Positions 1 through 9,785 are shown, counted from the stretch's first letter. The stretch is 64,000 nt of DNA from an uncultured virus (IMG/VR IMGVR_UViG_3300031963_000026) (IMGVR_UViG_3300031963_000026:1-64000); one strand, 5' to 3'. The notes: generated from the letters alone by a model not told the origin. Program-made: numbers and translations.

Positions 1-531
1 CACCGATCTATATGAATTGGTCCTGACGATAGTAAGAAAGGGGTTTATTAAAAAAATCCCCCATAGTGATAGTGTTATAAAGGATTATTTTTACTATATC
101 TATTTCCCAGCGAATAATATAATGTCCAGTTTAGTGAGCGGGGAGACACGTAGTGTCCTAAAAACCCTATGTTATTATCCTTCAACGAGGTCCTTTGTTT
201 ATGTGGGTGTCATAATGTGTCATAGGATGGAGATCTTTATATGATAATCTATGTGGTTATTCTTTACCCCATTCTATCTATGATCTTATATTGGTTCATC
301 CGTATTCATCATCTAATATATGGGGTTATCATACAACATACTGATTGGTCCTTCGTATGGATCCCGAATATAACCCAACCATAATTCCCCGAATTAAAAT
401 AAAGGGTTTTAAGACGATCAAATTATATCGGACATATACTGACATCATCTTCACATAGATCTCTTAACAGACACTCTAAAATGGGGGTAAAATAAGTGAG
501 ATCATAAATGGGAACGAAACCCATAAACGAA

Positions 532-554
532 ATTCCCCACTTTATGTGGGGAAT
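532..554. terminator. Hairpin ATTCCCCAC-TTTAT-GTGGGGAAT downstream of the minus-strand gene array
   Basis: Perfect 9-bp inverted repeat about 50 bp after the stop of 603..974; no clear U-tract. Confidence 0.4.
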
Positions 555-602
555 GTAGTGACCCCGAATAGGGGGTATGGGGTGAAGTGAGTATTTGTGG
601 TC

Positions 603-974
603 TTACTTATTTTTATATTTTTGTTTAAGATAAAATAACTGATATTCTTTTATCTTATTAAAAACGTAATCGTAATATTCCGCTCTAAGGTAATCTAGTA
701 GTTCACCATAATATGTTTGATGAATATCAATTGGTAATACTTTACGTGTTGTCTCCCTAAATATATGATCAACTACATATTTTGAACTATCGGGATCTGT
801 TATATATTTCATTAAAGCTTTGTAACGAATTTGTGATAAAATATGTCTGTGTTTTTCTATTTCTTTGTCCAAAATATTTTTAACTTCGTTAAAGTCCATT
901 CTCCTTAAAATGAATGTCGGTAACTTTTTAGTTTCCTCCCTTAATACTCTTCTTATGGTTTCTTGTAGGTTCAT
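603..974 (-). CDS. Hypothetical protein with MNLQETIRRVLREE leader
   Basis: ORF; leader shared with neighbours; ATGA overlap with upstream gene. Confidence 0.8.
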   Translation of the reverse strand: MNLQETIRRVLREETKKLPTFILRRMDFNEVKNILDKEIEKHRHILSQIRYKALMKYITDPDSSKYVVDHIFRETTRKVLPIDIHQTYYGELLDYLRAEYYDYVFNKIKEYQLFYLKQKYKNK

Positions 975-1294
975 CCTCTTGTGTTTTTTAATACCTTATA
1001 CATAAACGTTAATTCATCATCAAAAATATTAACCAAGGTCTTTATTGTTTCCACAACATAATCCTCACTAGTATCAATATCAATGTTATATCCATAGAAC
1101 ATATAATTCTCCAAAGTCGCCACAACCAACTTCCACTTAAATTCCTCTAATGAATTGGAATCGTAAAACAAATATACCTTACCTCGATCGAGTTCTTTCT
1201 TAAACTGATCCATATCAATTCTCCTTAAAAAAGAAGAATGTATCTTATTGTCGTTCTCCCTTAATATTCTTCTTATGGTTTCTTGTATGTTCAT
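971..1294 (-). CDS. Hypothetical protein with MNIQETIRRILRE leader
   Basis: ORF; shared leader. Confidence 0.8.
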   Translation of the reverse strand: MNIQETIRRILRENDNKIHSSFLRRIDMDQFKKELDRGKVYLFYDSNSLEEFKWKLVVATLENYMFYGYNIDIDTSEDYVVETIKTLVNIFDDELTFMYKVLKNTRG

Positions 1295-1770
1295 ATTAAA
1301 ATAATTTGATTATTATTGAATATCACCGCATCCAATATTTCACCTTGGTGTATGTCAATGACACCATCTTTACCAATATCTAATGCAATTAAAACACCCG
1401 CATTGGCTTCAATAAAAGAAATATAACCATCTTCGATTTTAATAGTAAGATTTCTTTTTTTAGCCGATTTAATCATATCTTGAGTTGGTTTTATATTAAG
1501 GTGTTTTATATGACCTGTATAAAGTGGATTTTTAATTATTAAATATGCTTTGGTTACTCTTCCATCATTTTGTTTAGCATAATATGTAGCATCGACTTTG
1601 GATGTTGTAAACCATCCACCACCTTTGAATTCTCCACCACTATATGAACCACCATGATACATCACTAATGGATTTCCCTCATCATCAATGACTTTTGTAT
1701 CCATAAATGGGAATTCGATGTTCTCAGTTTCCTCCCTCAATACTTTCCTTATATGTTCTTGTAAGTTCAT
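1291..1770 (-). CDS. Leader plus ADP-ribosyltransferase-like domain (ART-PolyVal-like)
   Basis: Motifs GNPLVMYHG, GWFTT, ATYYA and AYLIIKNPL are typical of polyvalent-protein ART domains. Confidence 0.6.
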   Translation of the reverse strand: MNLQEHIRKVLREETENIEFPFMDTKVIDDEGNPLVMYHGGSYSGGEFKGGGWFTTSKVDATYYAKQNDGRVTKAYLIIKNPLYTGHIKHLNIKPTQDMIKSAKKRNLTIKIEDGYISFIEANAGVLIALDIGKDGVIDIHQGEILDAVIFNNNQIILI

Positions 1771-2402
1771 AATTTAATCTCCAATCTTTTATAATCTCCA
1801 ATTGGATATATTGAGTATACCTCATCGGGTTTCTTCTTTACAATGGAAAAATAATATCCCGACCAATTACTTTCATCCTCGGGTCTTGAAAATAATACTT
1901 CACCACTACCAATCTTATTTAATTCATCTTTAACTTTCCACCAATCAATTGGAAACCCAACTCCCTTTTTATATAATAATTCACCCCAAGTATCATAATT
2001 TAAAGAAGACCCTATTGAGTTTCTTGATTCCCAATCTCTCTCGGAATGCTTAACAAAAATATACTTATACCCATCGTCATCAAAAACCCCCGCCGAATAT
2101 ACCTTATCAATATACTCCTTAACTTCATCACCATATCGGTCCATTAAATAATCCCCTAACGCATCTATCCAAGCATCAATACGATCATCCGAATCAAACT
2201 CGGTTGGAATTTTTCCCGAAGCAACATCAGTTGTTGATGACACAAGATTATCGTGAAAATTATCATAGTACTTGTGATTGTGCATAACCTCCGACTTTAA
2301 TAAATCAAGAAAATCTGTTCCTTTAAGTCTCCTTACCACAAATGCCGGTAACTTTTTGGTTTCCTCCCTTAATATTCTTCTAATATTTTCTTGTAAGTTC
2401 AT
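1767..2402 (-). CDS. Hypothetical protein with MNLQENIRRILREE leader
   Basis: ORF; start moved to the leader Met; TATTTAT upstream. Confidence 0.8.
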   Translation of the reverse strand: MNLQENIRRILREETKKLPAFVVRRLKGTDFLDLLKSEVMHNHKYYDNFHDNLVSSTTDVASGKIPTEFDSDDRIDAWIDALGDYLMDRYGDEVKEYIDKVYSAGVFDDDGYKYIFVKHSERDWESRNSIGSSLNYDTWGELLYKKGVGFPIDWWKVKDELNKIGSGEVLFSRPEDESNWSGYYFSIVKKKPDEVYSIYPIGDYKRLEIKL

Positions 2403-2419
2403 AATCAATAAATATAAAC

Positions 2420-3175
2420 TTAATTAATCATTTTTTTACCCAATAGATTTTCTCTAAACATTCTTGTTTTCAAATCACGAGTCCAAGTTTTTTTTTGTTC
2501 AAAATTTAATTCGTTATAAATTCCAATCAAAGGTGGTGACATTCCTATCATATCCATAAAAGACAAATCATCCCAAATATCCATATATTTGTTATATAAT
2601 TGTTTAACGTTGTGAATCTGACCCTGAATTTCAACCTTGGTCATATTGACTGAAACATCTTTCAAATTTCTTGTTCCAAGCTCAGCTTGTTTTCGTAGTC
2701 TTTTTGAAAGATGACGGTGATTAAATGTATCATCAATCCAATGTGCTAATTCATGATGAATACTACCTTTAATTTTTTCAGGTGTAAATTCTTTTAGTAT
2801 ATAGATTCTCTGTTGTTCTTTTGATAATTTTTGAGCAGCAATTTCTATATTTCCGTGACCATAACCCAAAACAAAATTTTTCGCACTGTCATTTATTGAA
2901 ATAAAAATTTTTTGAGTACTGGGTTGATATCCATTGAGCCCATTATTAATAATAATATCACAAGGATTCATTTCATTAGCTTTGATAGCATCTCTTGTTT
3001 GTAATATTGAAGTGTCAATAGTATCCCAACTAAACATATCATCTCTAACAATTCCTGTTTGACGAATCTCTTCGATATCTTTTTTGAAAAACATATCATA
3101 CAATAACTCAACATCATCATCCACCAATGTTAAAACCTCATTTAATACTTTTCTTATGTGTTCTTTTAAATTCAT
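2420..3175 (-). CDS. Leader plus putative zinc metallopeptidase domain
   Basis: HELAH (HExxH) followed by a downstream Glu (VEIQG). Confidence 0.6.
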   Translation of the reverse strand: MNLKEHIRKVLNEVLTLVDDDVELLYDMFFKKDIEEIRQTGIVRDDMFSWDTIDTSILQTRDAIKANEMNPCDIIINNGLNGYQPSTQKIFISINDSAKNFVLGYGHGNIEIAAQKLSKEQQRIYILKEFTPEKIKGSIHHELAHWIDDTFNHRHLSKRLRKQAELGTRNLKDVSVNMTKVEIQGQIHNVKQLYNKYMDIWDDLSFMDMIGMSPPLIGIYNELNFEQKKTWTRDLKTRMFRENLLGKKMIN

Positions 3176-3199
3176 AATATAAATACGATCTTGTTTAAC

Positions 3200-3715
3200 T
3201 TAACCCGCACAATCTGCTTGAATCTGTTTATTCCTCCACTGAATCCAATACTCCTGTAACCCCTCTTTTGTTCGTTTCAAATTACTAATATCAAACTCAT
3301 CACCAGGTAATAACACACCACTCAATTCAGATATTCTCCTATTAAGTTCAGGTGTGTGATTCCAACCTCCGACGTGATCAAAAGATGTATAAGCATCACA
3401 ATTATTTTGAACATCAATAAACGGAATGGATAACTTATATGTAACATTCCCACTACCCATACCATCAGTTGACATTCTTATATTATTCAAATCAACTTTC
3501 TTGTATTCACCCTGTCTGTAAAGTTCTTTAAGTTTATCACCAACCTTACCCGACATTGTATTTGAAAATTTATGTGCAATGTCACCCATCTCATTAAATT
3601 CAGGTCCAATATACGTTCCATTACAACCATATTCAGTACAAGATATGTTGGATGTTTGTTCTGAGATTAAACCCATCATCTCTTTAATTCTTTCTATGTT
3701 TTCTTGTAGTTTCAT
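3200..3715 (-). CDS. Hypothetical protein with MKLQENIERIKEMMGLISE leader
   Basis: ORF; second leader class. Confidence 0.8.
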   Translation of the reverse strand: MKLQENIERIKEMMGLISEQTSNISCTEYGCNGTYIGPEFNEMGDIAHKFSNTMSGKVGDKLKELYRQGEYKKVDLNNIRMSTDGMGSGNVTYKLSIPFIDVQNNCDAYTSFDHVGGWNHTPELNRRISELSGVLLPGDEFDISNLKRTKEGLQEYWIQWRNKQIQADCAG

Positions 3716-3718
3716 AAT

Positions 3719-5578
3719 TTATCTAATTAACATTTTCTTTAATAATCTTCTTATGTGTTCATATATACCGTACACACTACCTTCTGTTCCAAAGACACTA
3801 TTTGGAAATAAATCACCTAACATCTTATACTTATACGCTGCGTAAAACGCTGAAGGACTTTTTCGTCTAAAAGCTACTATGTTATTATTATATTTAGCAG
3901 CCTCATCTTTAAGTGTATCCTTATTCCACTTAGGATCTATCGGTCTTTCGGGGAATAATAACATAGGATCTATACGGTGAAACAATGCAGCTTTATAATG
4001 TAACGGACTACCCGCACTAAATTCAAATGGATAATCATATTTAGCCGCTTCTCTTTCAATTTCACCAGGTGTCATATATGGAATTTTCATTGGAAATAAA
4101 TCATCTATCATTCCTCGAGTACGTGCCGCATCATAAGCACGACGAGAACCTTTTTTAAATTCATTTCTTGAATTATATTTACTAGCTTCTTGTTTAATTT
4201 CATCAGGTGTTACTCTTTTAACAGTACTTGGAAATAAATCGTTTAATATTTTATAATTATATGCCGCTTCATGAGCACGACGATTACCTTTTTGAAATTC
4301 ACTTCTTGAATTATATTTACTAGCTTCTTGTCTAATCAAATCTTCAGTCCATTTTGTAAGTTTTCTTCCTTCAGGAAATAAATCATCTAACATTCCTCGT
4401 TTATATGCAACATTATAAACCGTAGGATTACCTCGTTTAAATTCTGCTTTTGAATTATATTTACTAGCCTCTTGTCTAATCATATCTTCAGTCCAGTTTG
4501 TAAATTTTCTTCCTTCAGGAAATAAATCATCTAACATTCCTCGAGTACGCGCTGTTTGATACGCCGAAGGACTACCTCGTTTAAATTCTACTTTTGAATT
4601 ATATTTACTAGCTTCTTGTTTAATCAAATCTTCAGTCCATTTTATATATTTTACTTCTGGAAATAGATCATTCATCATACCATACCTTAGTCCTGCATGA
4701 TACGCCAAAGGATTACCTTTTTGAAATTCACTTCTTGAATTATATTTACTAGCTTCTTGTTTAATCAAATCTTCAGTCCATTTTGTAAGTTTTCTTCCTT
4801 CAGGAAATAAATCATCTATCATTTCACGTCTAAGCGCCGCATCGTATGCCCCAGTACTACCTCGTTTAAATTCTGCTTTTGAATTATATTTACTAGCTTC
4901 TTGTTTAATCAAATCTTCAGTCCATTTTGTAAGTTTTCTTTCTTCAGGAAATAAATCATCTATCATTCCTCGATTATACGCTGATTTATACGCCAAACGA
5001 TTACCTTTCAGAAATTCACTTCTTAAATTATATTTACTAGCTTCTCGTCTGATCATATCATCAGTCCATTTTGTAAGTTTTTTTCCTTCAGGAAATAAAT
5101 CATCTAACATTCCTCGATTATATGCAATTGTATACGCCGAAGGACTACCTTTTTGAAATTCTTTTTTTAAATTATATTTACTAGCTTCTCGTCTGATCAT
5201 ATCATCAGTCCATTTTGTAAGTTTTCTTCCTTCAGGAAATAAATCATCCAACATTCCACGTCTATATGCCGCACCAAATGCCGCAATATCACCTTTTTCA
5301 AATTCTTTTTTTAAATTATACTTACTCGCCACTTGTCTGATCAAATCTTCAGTCCATTTTGTATGTTTTTTTCCTTCAGGAAATAAATCATCTAACATTC
5401 CACGTTTATATGCGGTTTGATATGCCGAAGAACTACCTTTCTGAAATTCTACTTTTGAATTATATTTACTAGCTTCTTTTTTAATTTCATCCTCAGTCCA
5501 TTTTAATGGTCCGACATCTTCTAACAAAATACCTTCTGTTAAAACCCTTAATTGTAATTCTGTTAATCTTAATCTCAT
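3719..5578 (-). CDS. Tandem-repeat protein with 12 units of about 48 aa (KWTEDxIxxEASKY...RGMLDDLFP); putative nucleic-acid binding
   Basis: Repeats visible in protein and DNA; basic, helical. Confidence 0.85.
   Translation of the reverse strand: MRLRLTELQLRVLTEGILLEDVGPLKWTEDEIKKEASKYNSKVEFQKGSSSAYQTAYKRGMLDDLFPEGKKHTKWTEDLIRQVASKYNLKKEFEKGDIAAFGAAYRRGMLDDLFPEGRKLTKWTDDMIRREASKYNLKKEFQKGSPSAYTIAYNRGMLDDLFPEGKKLTKWTDDMIRREASKYNLRSEFLKGNRLAYKSAYNRGMIDDLFPEERKLTKWTEDLIKQEASKYNSKAEFKRGSTGAYDAALRREMIDDLFPEGRKLTKWTEDLIKQEASKYNSRSEFQKGNPLAYHAGLRYGMMNDLFPEVKYIKWTEDLIKQEASKYNSKVEFKRGSPSAYQTARTRGMLDDLFPEGRKFTNWTEDMIRQEASKYNSKAEFKRGNPTVYNVAYKRGMLDDLFPEGRKLTKWTEDLIRQEASKYNSRSEFQKGNRRAHEAAYNYKILNDLFPSTVKRVTPDEIKQEASKYNSRNEFKKGSRRAYDAARTRGMIDDLFPMKIPYMTPGEIEREAAKYDYPFEFSAGSPLHYKAALFHRIDPMLLFPERPIDPKWNKDTLKDEAAKYNNNIVAFRRKSPSAFYAAYKYKMLGDLFPNSVFGTEGSVYGIYEHIRRLLKKMLIR
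3800..5505 (-). repeat. Intragenic tandem repeat of about 144 bp (12 units, last three degenerate)
   Basis: Recurring ttcaggaaataaatcatcta and ttcagtccatttt on the + strand. Confidence 0.9.
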
Positions 5579-5592
5579 AATTAATAAATATA

Positions 5593-6378
5593 TTAATTAT
5601 TAGGTCTTGATGCTTTATATCCTTTCGAATTCAAATAATCAATCAATTCATCCACCATACTTTTATCTTCTTCTTGAAAGGCGTGTCTAGATGGACTAAC
5701 AATAATACCATTATTATTTATAATCGTGAAATTTGATAAACCAAACTTCTGTACTAATTTGGATAATCTTTTCCCTAATTGCTCACGAGTTAAATTATAT
5801 TTCTTATAAACTTCGGAATCATCTGAAATTATAATATCAGGAACCACTTTACTCAAAGTCTTTCCTTTTTCGATAAACTCTTGAGATGCAACTTCCTTTT
5901 GACCATAATCAGGATTTTCACTCACACTTAACGACTCATCACTTTCAAGAACATTCATAGCCTTATCAACTAAACTATTATCCACTTTAACGAAATATTG
6001 TATCACACCAAATGGAAATGGTACATAATACATACCAACCGAACAATCTATGTTGGCACGTTTTAACATTAAACCAATTTTCTTTAAGATATTATTAGTG
6101 TTATTCAAATTCGATTTTGAATGATAAAGCAATATCTGAGACGCTATCTTGTGTTCAAATGAGTTTGGTTCCACTATGTCAATCTCAGAAGGTCTATTGA
6201 ATTGAAAACTACTATCCTCACCACCTGATTGTATGTGTTTAGTGTATTCCCCCATTTTTTTCCTGTCCTCATATGATAATTCCTCACCCCGATTCATCTT
6301 GTCCAAAATGTCGTCGATGTTTTCGGTAATGAGCCCCATAACCTCTTTAATTCTTTGTATGTTTTCTTGTAGGTTCAT
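5593..6378 (-). CDS. Hypothetical protein with MNLQENIQRIKEVMGLITE leader
   Basis: ORF; IDDILDK motif follows the leader. Confidence 0.8.
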   Translation of the reverse strand: MNLQENIQRIKEVMGLITENIDDILDKMNRGEELSYEDRKKMGEYTKHIQSGGEDSSFQFNRPSEIDIVEPNSFEHKIASQILLYHSKSNLNNTNNILKKIGLMLKRANIDCSVGMYYVPFPFGVIQYFVKVDNSLVDKAMNVLESDESLSVSENPDYGQKEVASQEFIEKGKTLSKVVPDIIISDDSEVYKKYNLTREQLGKRLSKLVQKFGLSNFTIINNNGIIVSPSRHAFQEEDKSMVDELIDYLNSKGYKASRPNN

Positions 6379-6468
6379 AATATTATAATATAATCTTCAC
6401 TCTTTTATAATCTTTAATTTGATATATTGAATTTGTCACCTTGGGAACCATCATATCTGTTCTTGTCA

Positions 6469-7602
6469 CTATAAATTAGTTTCATCAACAACTCTTACTA
6501 TCGCTGGACCATATTGGTCGTTATACATATCAAACGATTTTGAACTTCTGTTTGGATGTCCTACAGGCAGTCCTCTTGTACCAAAGTGGGATTCTTTATG
6601 ACCAAATTCTTTATCCATATCATAGAAATTATCAAAATAATAATCGTTGTAAACTTTGTCATCAAAATAACTATCTTTTACAACTCTACCATAATCATCT
6701 GACCATAAATTTGGTATCCCTTGAAATCCGTAAAAAACTTTATATCTCCCATTTTCATCACCATCATACGAAGATGTTTCTTCCCTTAATATTCTTATTA
6801 TAGATTCTTCAATATTATCCTTATTTTTTTTAGGAAATAAATCATCTAACATCCCTCGATTTTTAGCAGGTTGATACGCCGAAGAACTACCTTTCTGAAA
6901 TTCACCTCTTGAAGCATATTTGCTAGCTTCTTGTCTGATTTTATCTTCAGTCCATTTTAATTTTCTTTCAGGAAATAAATCATCTAACATTCCACGTTTG
7001 CGTGCCGCACTATATGCCAAATAACTACCTTTCTGAAATTCTCCTCTGTATTTGTACTTACTAGCTTCTCGTCTAACTTCATCATCTGTCCATTTTAATT
7101 TTCTTTCACCAAATAAATCATCTAACATTTTATTTCTATATGCGAACCCGTATGCCGATTGACTACCCATTTGAAATTCTCCTCTTGAATTATATTTACT
7201 AGCTTCTTGTCTGACTTCATCTTCGGTCCATCGCTTATGTCCTCTATCACCATAATTCTCAAAATTCAAATCTTGCAAAATCCCAATTTTTGACGCAGCT
7301 TGATAAGCTTCAAAATTACCTTTTTTAAATTCACTTTTTGACTTATATTTACCCGCCTCTTGTTTAATCAAATCTTCAGTCCATTTTGATGCTTTCCTTT
7401 CAGGAAATAAATCTTTCAACATTTTACGGTTATACGCCGCACCATACGCTGAAAGACTCCCTTTTTGAAAATCTCCTCTGTATTTGTACTTACTAGCTTC
7501 TCGTCTGATTTCATCTTCAGTCCATTTTAATGGTCTAGCATCTTCTAACAAAATACCTTCTGTTAAAATCCTTAATTGTATCTCTGTTAATCTTAATCTC
7601 AT
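6469..7602 (-). CDS. Paralogous repeat protein (5 units) fused through an internal leader-like motif to a C-terminal domain
   Basis: N-terminus nearly identical to 3719..5578; internal NIEESIIRILREE. Confidence 0.85.
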   Translation of the reverse strand: MRLRLTEIQLRILTEGILLEDARPLKWTEDEIRREASKYKYRGDFQKGSLSAYGAAYNRKMLKDLFPERKASKWTEDLIKQEAGKYKSKSEFKKGNFEAYQAASKIGILQDLNFENYGDRGHKRWTEDEVRQEASKYNSRGEFQMGSQSAYGFAYRNKMLDDLFGERKLKWTDDEVRREASKYKYRGEFQKGSYLAYSAARKRGMLDDLFPERKLKWTEDKIRQEASKYASRGEFQKGSSSAYQPAKNRGMLDDLFPKKNKDNIEESIIRILREETSSYDGDENGRYKVFYGFQGIPNLWSDDYGRVVKDSYFDDKVYNDYYFDNFYDMDKEFGHKESHFGTRGLPVGHPNRSSKSFDMYNDQYGPAIVRVVDETNL

Positions 7603-8195
7603 AACTCTCTTTTAATTAAATTATAATAGAATTCACTAATCCTATCAGGTGTTGTAATGTTGTTCGCTCTTAATTGTGTTCTTATTTGATTAATAAAACC
7701 AACCAACTGAATAAGTTGTACATTTTTATACATTTGAGGACTCTTGAAGTGTGGTTTAATTAAACCCATCTTCTGAAGTTCCCTAATCTTTCTTGATCCA
7801 AAATCATCCGCAACGTTCTCACTATACTTCATAAACTTGGCAGCATCCATAACCGATACCTCCTCATTATAAAAATCATACATAGTTTTCTCACCATACT
7901 TCTTATATTGATATTGATGTGCTATCTCATGAAAGATAACAAACAACGCCATCTCCAAACTAGTATTTAATACCGACTTATTAATTAACACCCCATTATG
8001 TAATGCCGCCCCAAGTGCTTGATACTTAAAATCCGCAAACTCTATTTTCTGACAACCCGACTTCTCAATGAAATCAACCAAAAAATCTGTAACCTCATCC
8101 GACATATTATATGTGGATCTTAATTTATCAATAAAAGGACCCAAATTGGTGGTTTCCTCTCTTAATATTCTTCTTATGGTTTCTTGTAAGTTCAT
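7599..8195 (-). CDS. Leader plus putative zinc metallopeptidase
   Basis: FHEIAH and downstream ENVADDF (HExxH...ExxAD). Confidence 0.65.
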   Translation of the reverse strand: MNLQETIRRILREETTNLGPFIDKLRSTYNMSDEVTDFLVDFIEKSGCQKIEFADFKYQALGAALHNGVLINKSVLNTSLEMALFVIFHEIAHQYQYKKYGEKTMYDFYNEEVSVMDAAKFMKYSENVADDFGSRKIRELQKMGLIKPHFKSPQMYKNVQLIQLVGFINQIRTQLRANNITTPDRISEFYYNLIKREL

Positions 8196-8204
8196 ATATC
8201 GATA

Positions 8205-9212
8205 TTATTTTTTTAAATCGTTTTTATTTAGGGTTGAAATAAGTCTATGAAAATCTTCCCACATTTCCACTTGTTCTTCCGTATATTCATCCCAAGGTTC
8301 TCCAGTAAATCTTTCATAAAAGTTTTCGGCGTTTTTATTAAAATTATTATCAAAAATAAAATAACCAATATAATTTCCCTCTACAGGTTTTTTATATCTT
8401 ACTTCTTGTATATATTCAAAATCATCTACCCTAACGTGGGATAAATCTTTATTTGGTTTTTCGTTAATGGAATATAAATATATTTTATTATTACCTGTTA
8501 ATGAACCATAATGATTTAACATACTCCAAACACCCAATAAAGCACCACCAATAGTTTTTGAAGCAGATATTTCTGGTGTTGTACTTCTTGCAATAATATC
8601 ATCTGTGTGAAACTCAGGGTTACCATCATCATCAAATGACTCATAATATCCTTCTGGCTCAAAAATTATATTATCACCTTTGAATTCAGTTATAGCCCTA
8701 TAATAGTTTTTAGTGGTTTCCTCTCTTAATATTCTTCTTATTGATTCATAAACATTAGTCTTCTTCGGTGTATTATCATTCCCACATTTGTGACAAACAT
8801 ATGGATCTTCACCACCATCAGATAGATACCAAAACCATCCACAATCCTCACAAACAACTGCCGACTCACCCTCTATCGCATAATACCTATCACGTATCTG
8901 ATCATAGTAATGTTCACTGAAAAAATTATATAAATCATCCCACATTTCGGTAAATAATTCACTGTTATAATATTCCTCATCTGAAAAGAAAGTATCCACC
9001 ATATATGAAACAACCATTTTATTGAATTTATATTCATCCATAAAATTCCACTTGTCCTTATTCTTTGCAAACTTCTTGGACGCATCTGTTAACGCTTCCT
9101 TAAATATTTCATCAATCTTCTTAAAGTCTAACCTTCTCAAAAGATGCTTTGGGATTTCAGATTCTTTTAATAATCTTCTAATCGTTTGTTTAATATTTTC
9201 TTGTAAGTCCAT
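8205..9212 (-). CDS. Multi-domain protein with two leader motifs and a zinc ribbon
   Basis: CEDC..CHKC; internal NVYESIRRILREE. Confidence 0.75.
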   Translation of the reverse strand: MDLQENIKQTIRRLLKESEIPKHLLRRLDFKKIDEIFKEALTDASKKFAKNKDKWNFMDEYKFNKMVVSYMVDTFFSDEEYYNSELFTEMWDDLYNFFSEHYYDQIRDRYYAIEGESAVVCEDCGWFWYLSDGGEDPYVCHKCGNDNTPKKTNVYESIRRILREETTKNYYRAITEFKGDNIIFEPEGYYESFDDDGNPEFHTDDIIARSTTPEISASKTIGGALLGVWSMLNHYGSLTGNNKIYLYSINEKPNKDLSHVRVDDFEYIQEVRYKKPVEGNYIGYFIFDNNFNKNAENFYERFTGEPWDEYTEEQVEMWEDFHRLISTLNKNDLKK

Positions 9213-9227
9213 AAACTATAAATATAC

Positions 9228-9260
9228 AAAAAATGGAGATGTTTTCACATCCCCATCTAA
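9228..9260 (-). terminator. Putative rho-independent terminator
   Basis: ATGGAGATGT/ACATCCCCAT stem with an A-tract on the + side. Confidence 0.55.
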
Positions 9261-9298
9261 TTAAAAATTAAAAATTATTATGAAAAAAAACAAATTTC

Positions 9299-9667
9299 CT
9301 AACTCATAACATATAAAGAAGAACCTTTACTATGGATCAATTCAAACTTATGGTCATCAACATTCCAACCGTTTAAGACCCAATTGGGTTGTACCCTCGG
9401 ATTATACTTAACACGAACATTACTAAGTTCAATATCTGGATCAACAAGAACCTGAACATCCTCACATAAAACCCAAGCACAAACCGACTTGTGTTGCCCA
9501 TTAAAGATCTTCTCCGCTGTTGATTTTTGATTTTTCAACTGACAACCTTTCATAATCAATTGAACAACTTTCGGATCAAAATACTTAACCTCCGTTGGAT
9601 AAGTAATTTTCCATTTCATATAGTTCTTACCTTGACTAAGATTAAACCTAACTTTGATCCGTTTCAT
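9299..9667 (-). CDS. Hypothetical phage protein
   Basis: ORF; start MKRIKV chosen downstream of the promoter. Confidence 0.75.
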   Translation of the reverse strand: MKRIKVRFNLSQGKNYMKWKITYPTEVKYFDPKVVQLIMKGCQLKNQKSTAEKIFNGQHKSVCAWVLCEDVQVLVDPDIELSNVRVKYNPRVQPNWVLNGWNVDDHKFELIHSKGSSLYVMS

Positions 9668-9693
9668 AATCTTGTTATTTTTCTTTAACAATA

Positions 9694-9724
9694 CAAAGAT
9701 ACTAGAAAAATTCTAACCTACAAA
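9694..9724 (-). promoter_or_regulatory. Bacteroidota-type housekeeping promoter TTTG-N19-TATCTTTG
   Basis: Match to the -33/-7 consensus; duplicated at about 10495-10525. Confidence 0.7.
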
Positions 9725-9785
9725 TTTTTTTTGAAATTGTTGTATATGAGATAAAAACCTTCTTTAATAAACTAGTTATAACCAA

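Noticed and set aside
17..244. ORF 17..244
   Set aside because: TTG start, no recognisable motif, atypical region
3800..5505. CRISPR array or DGR template in the 144-bp repeats
   Set aside because: Repeats are in-frame coding units without unique spacers; no reverse transcriptase is in the window and variation is not evidently adenine-restricted
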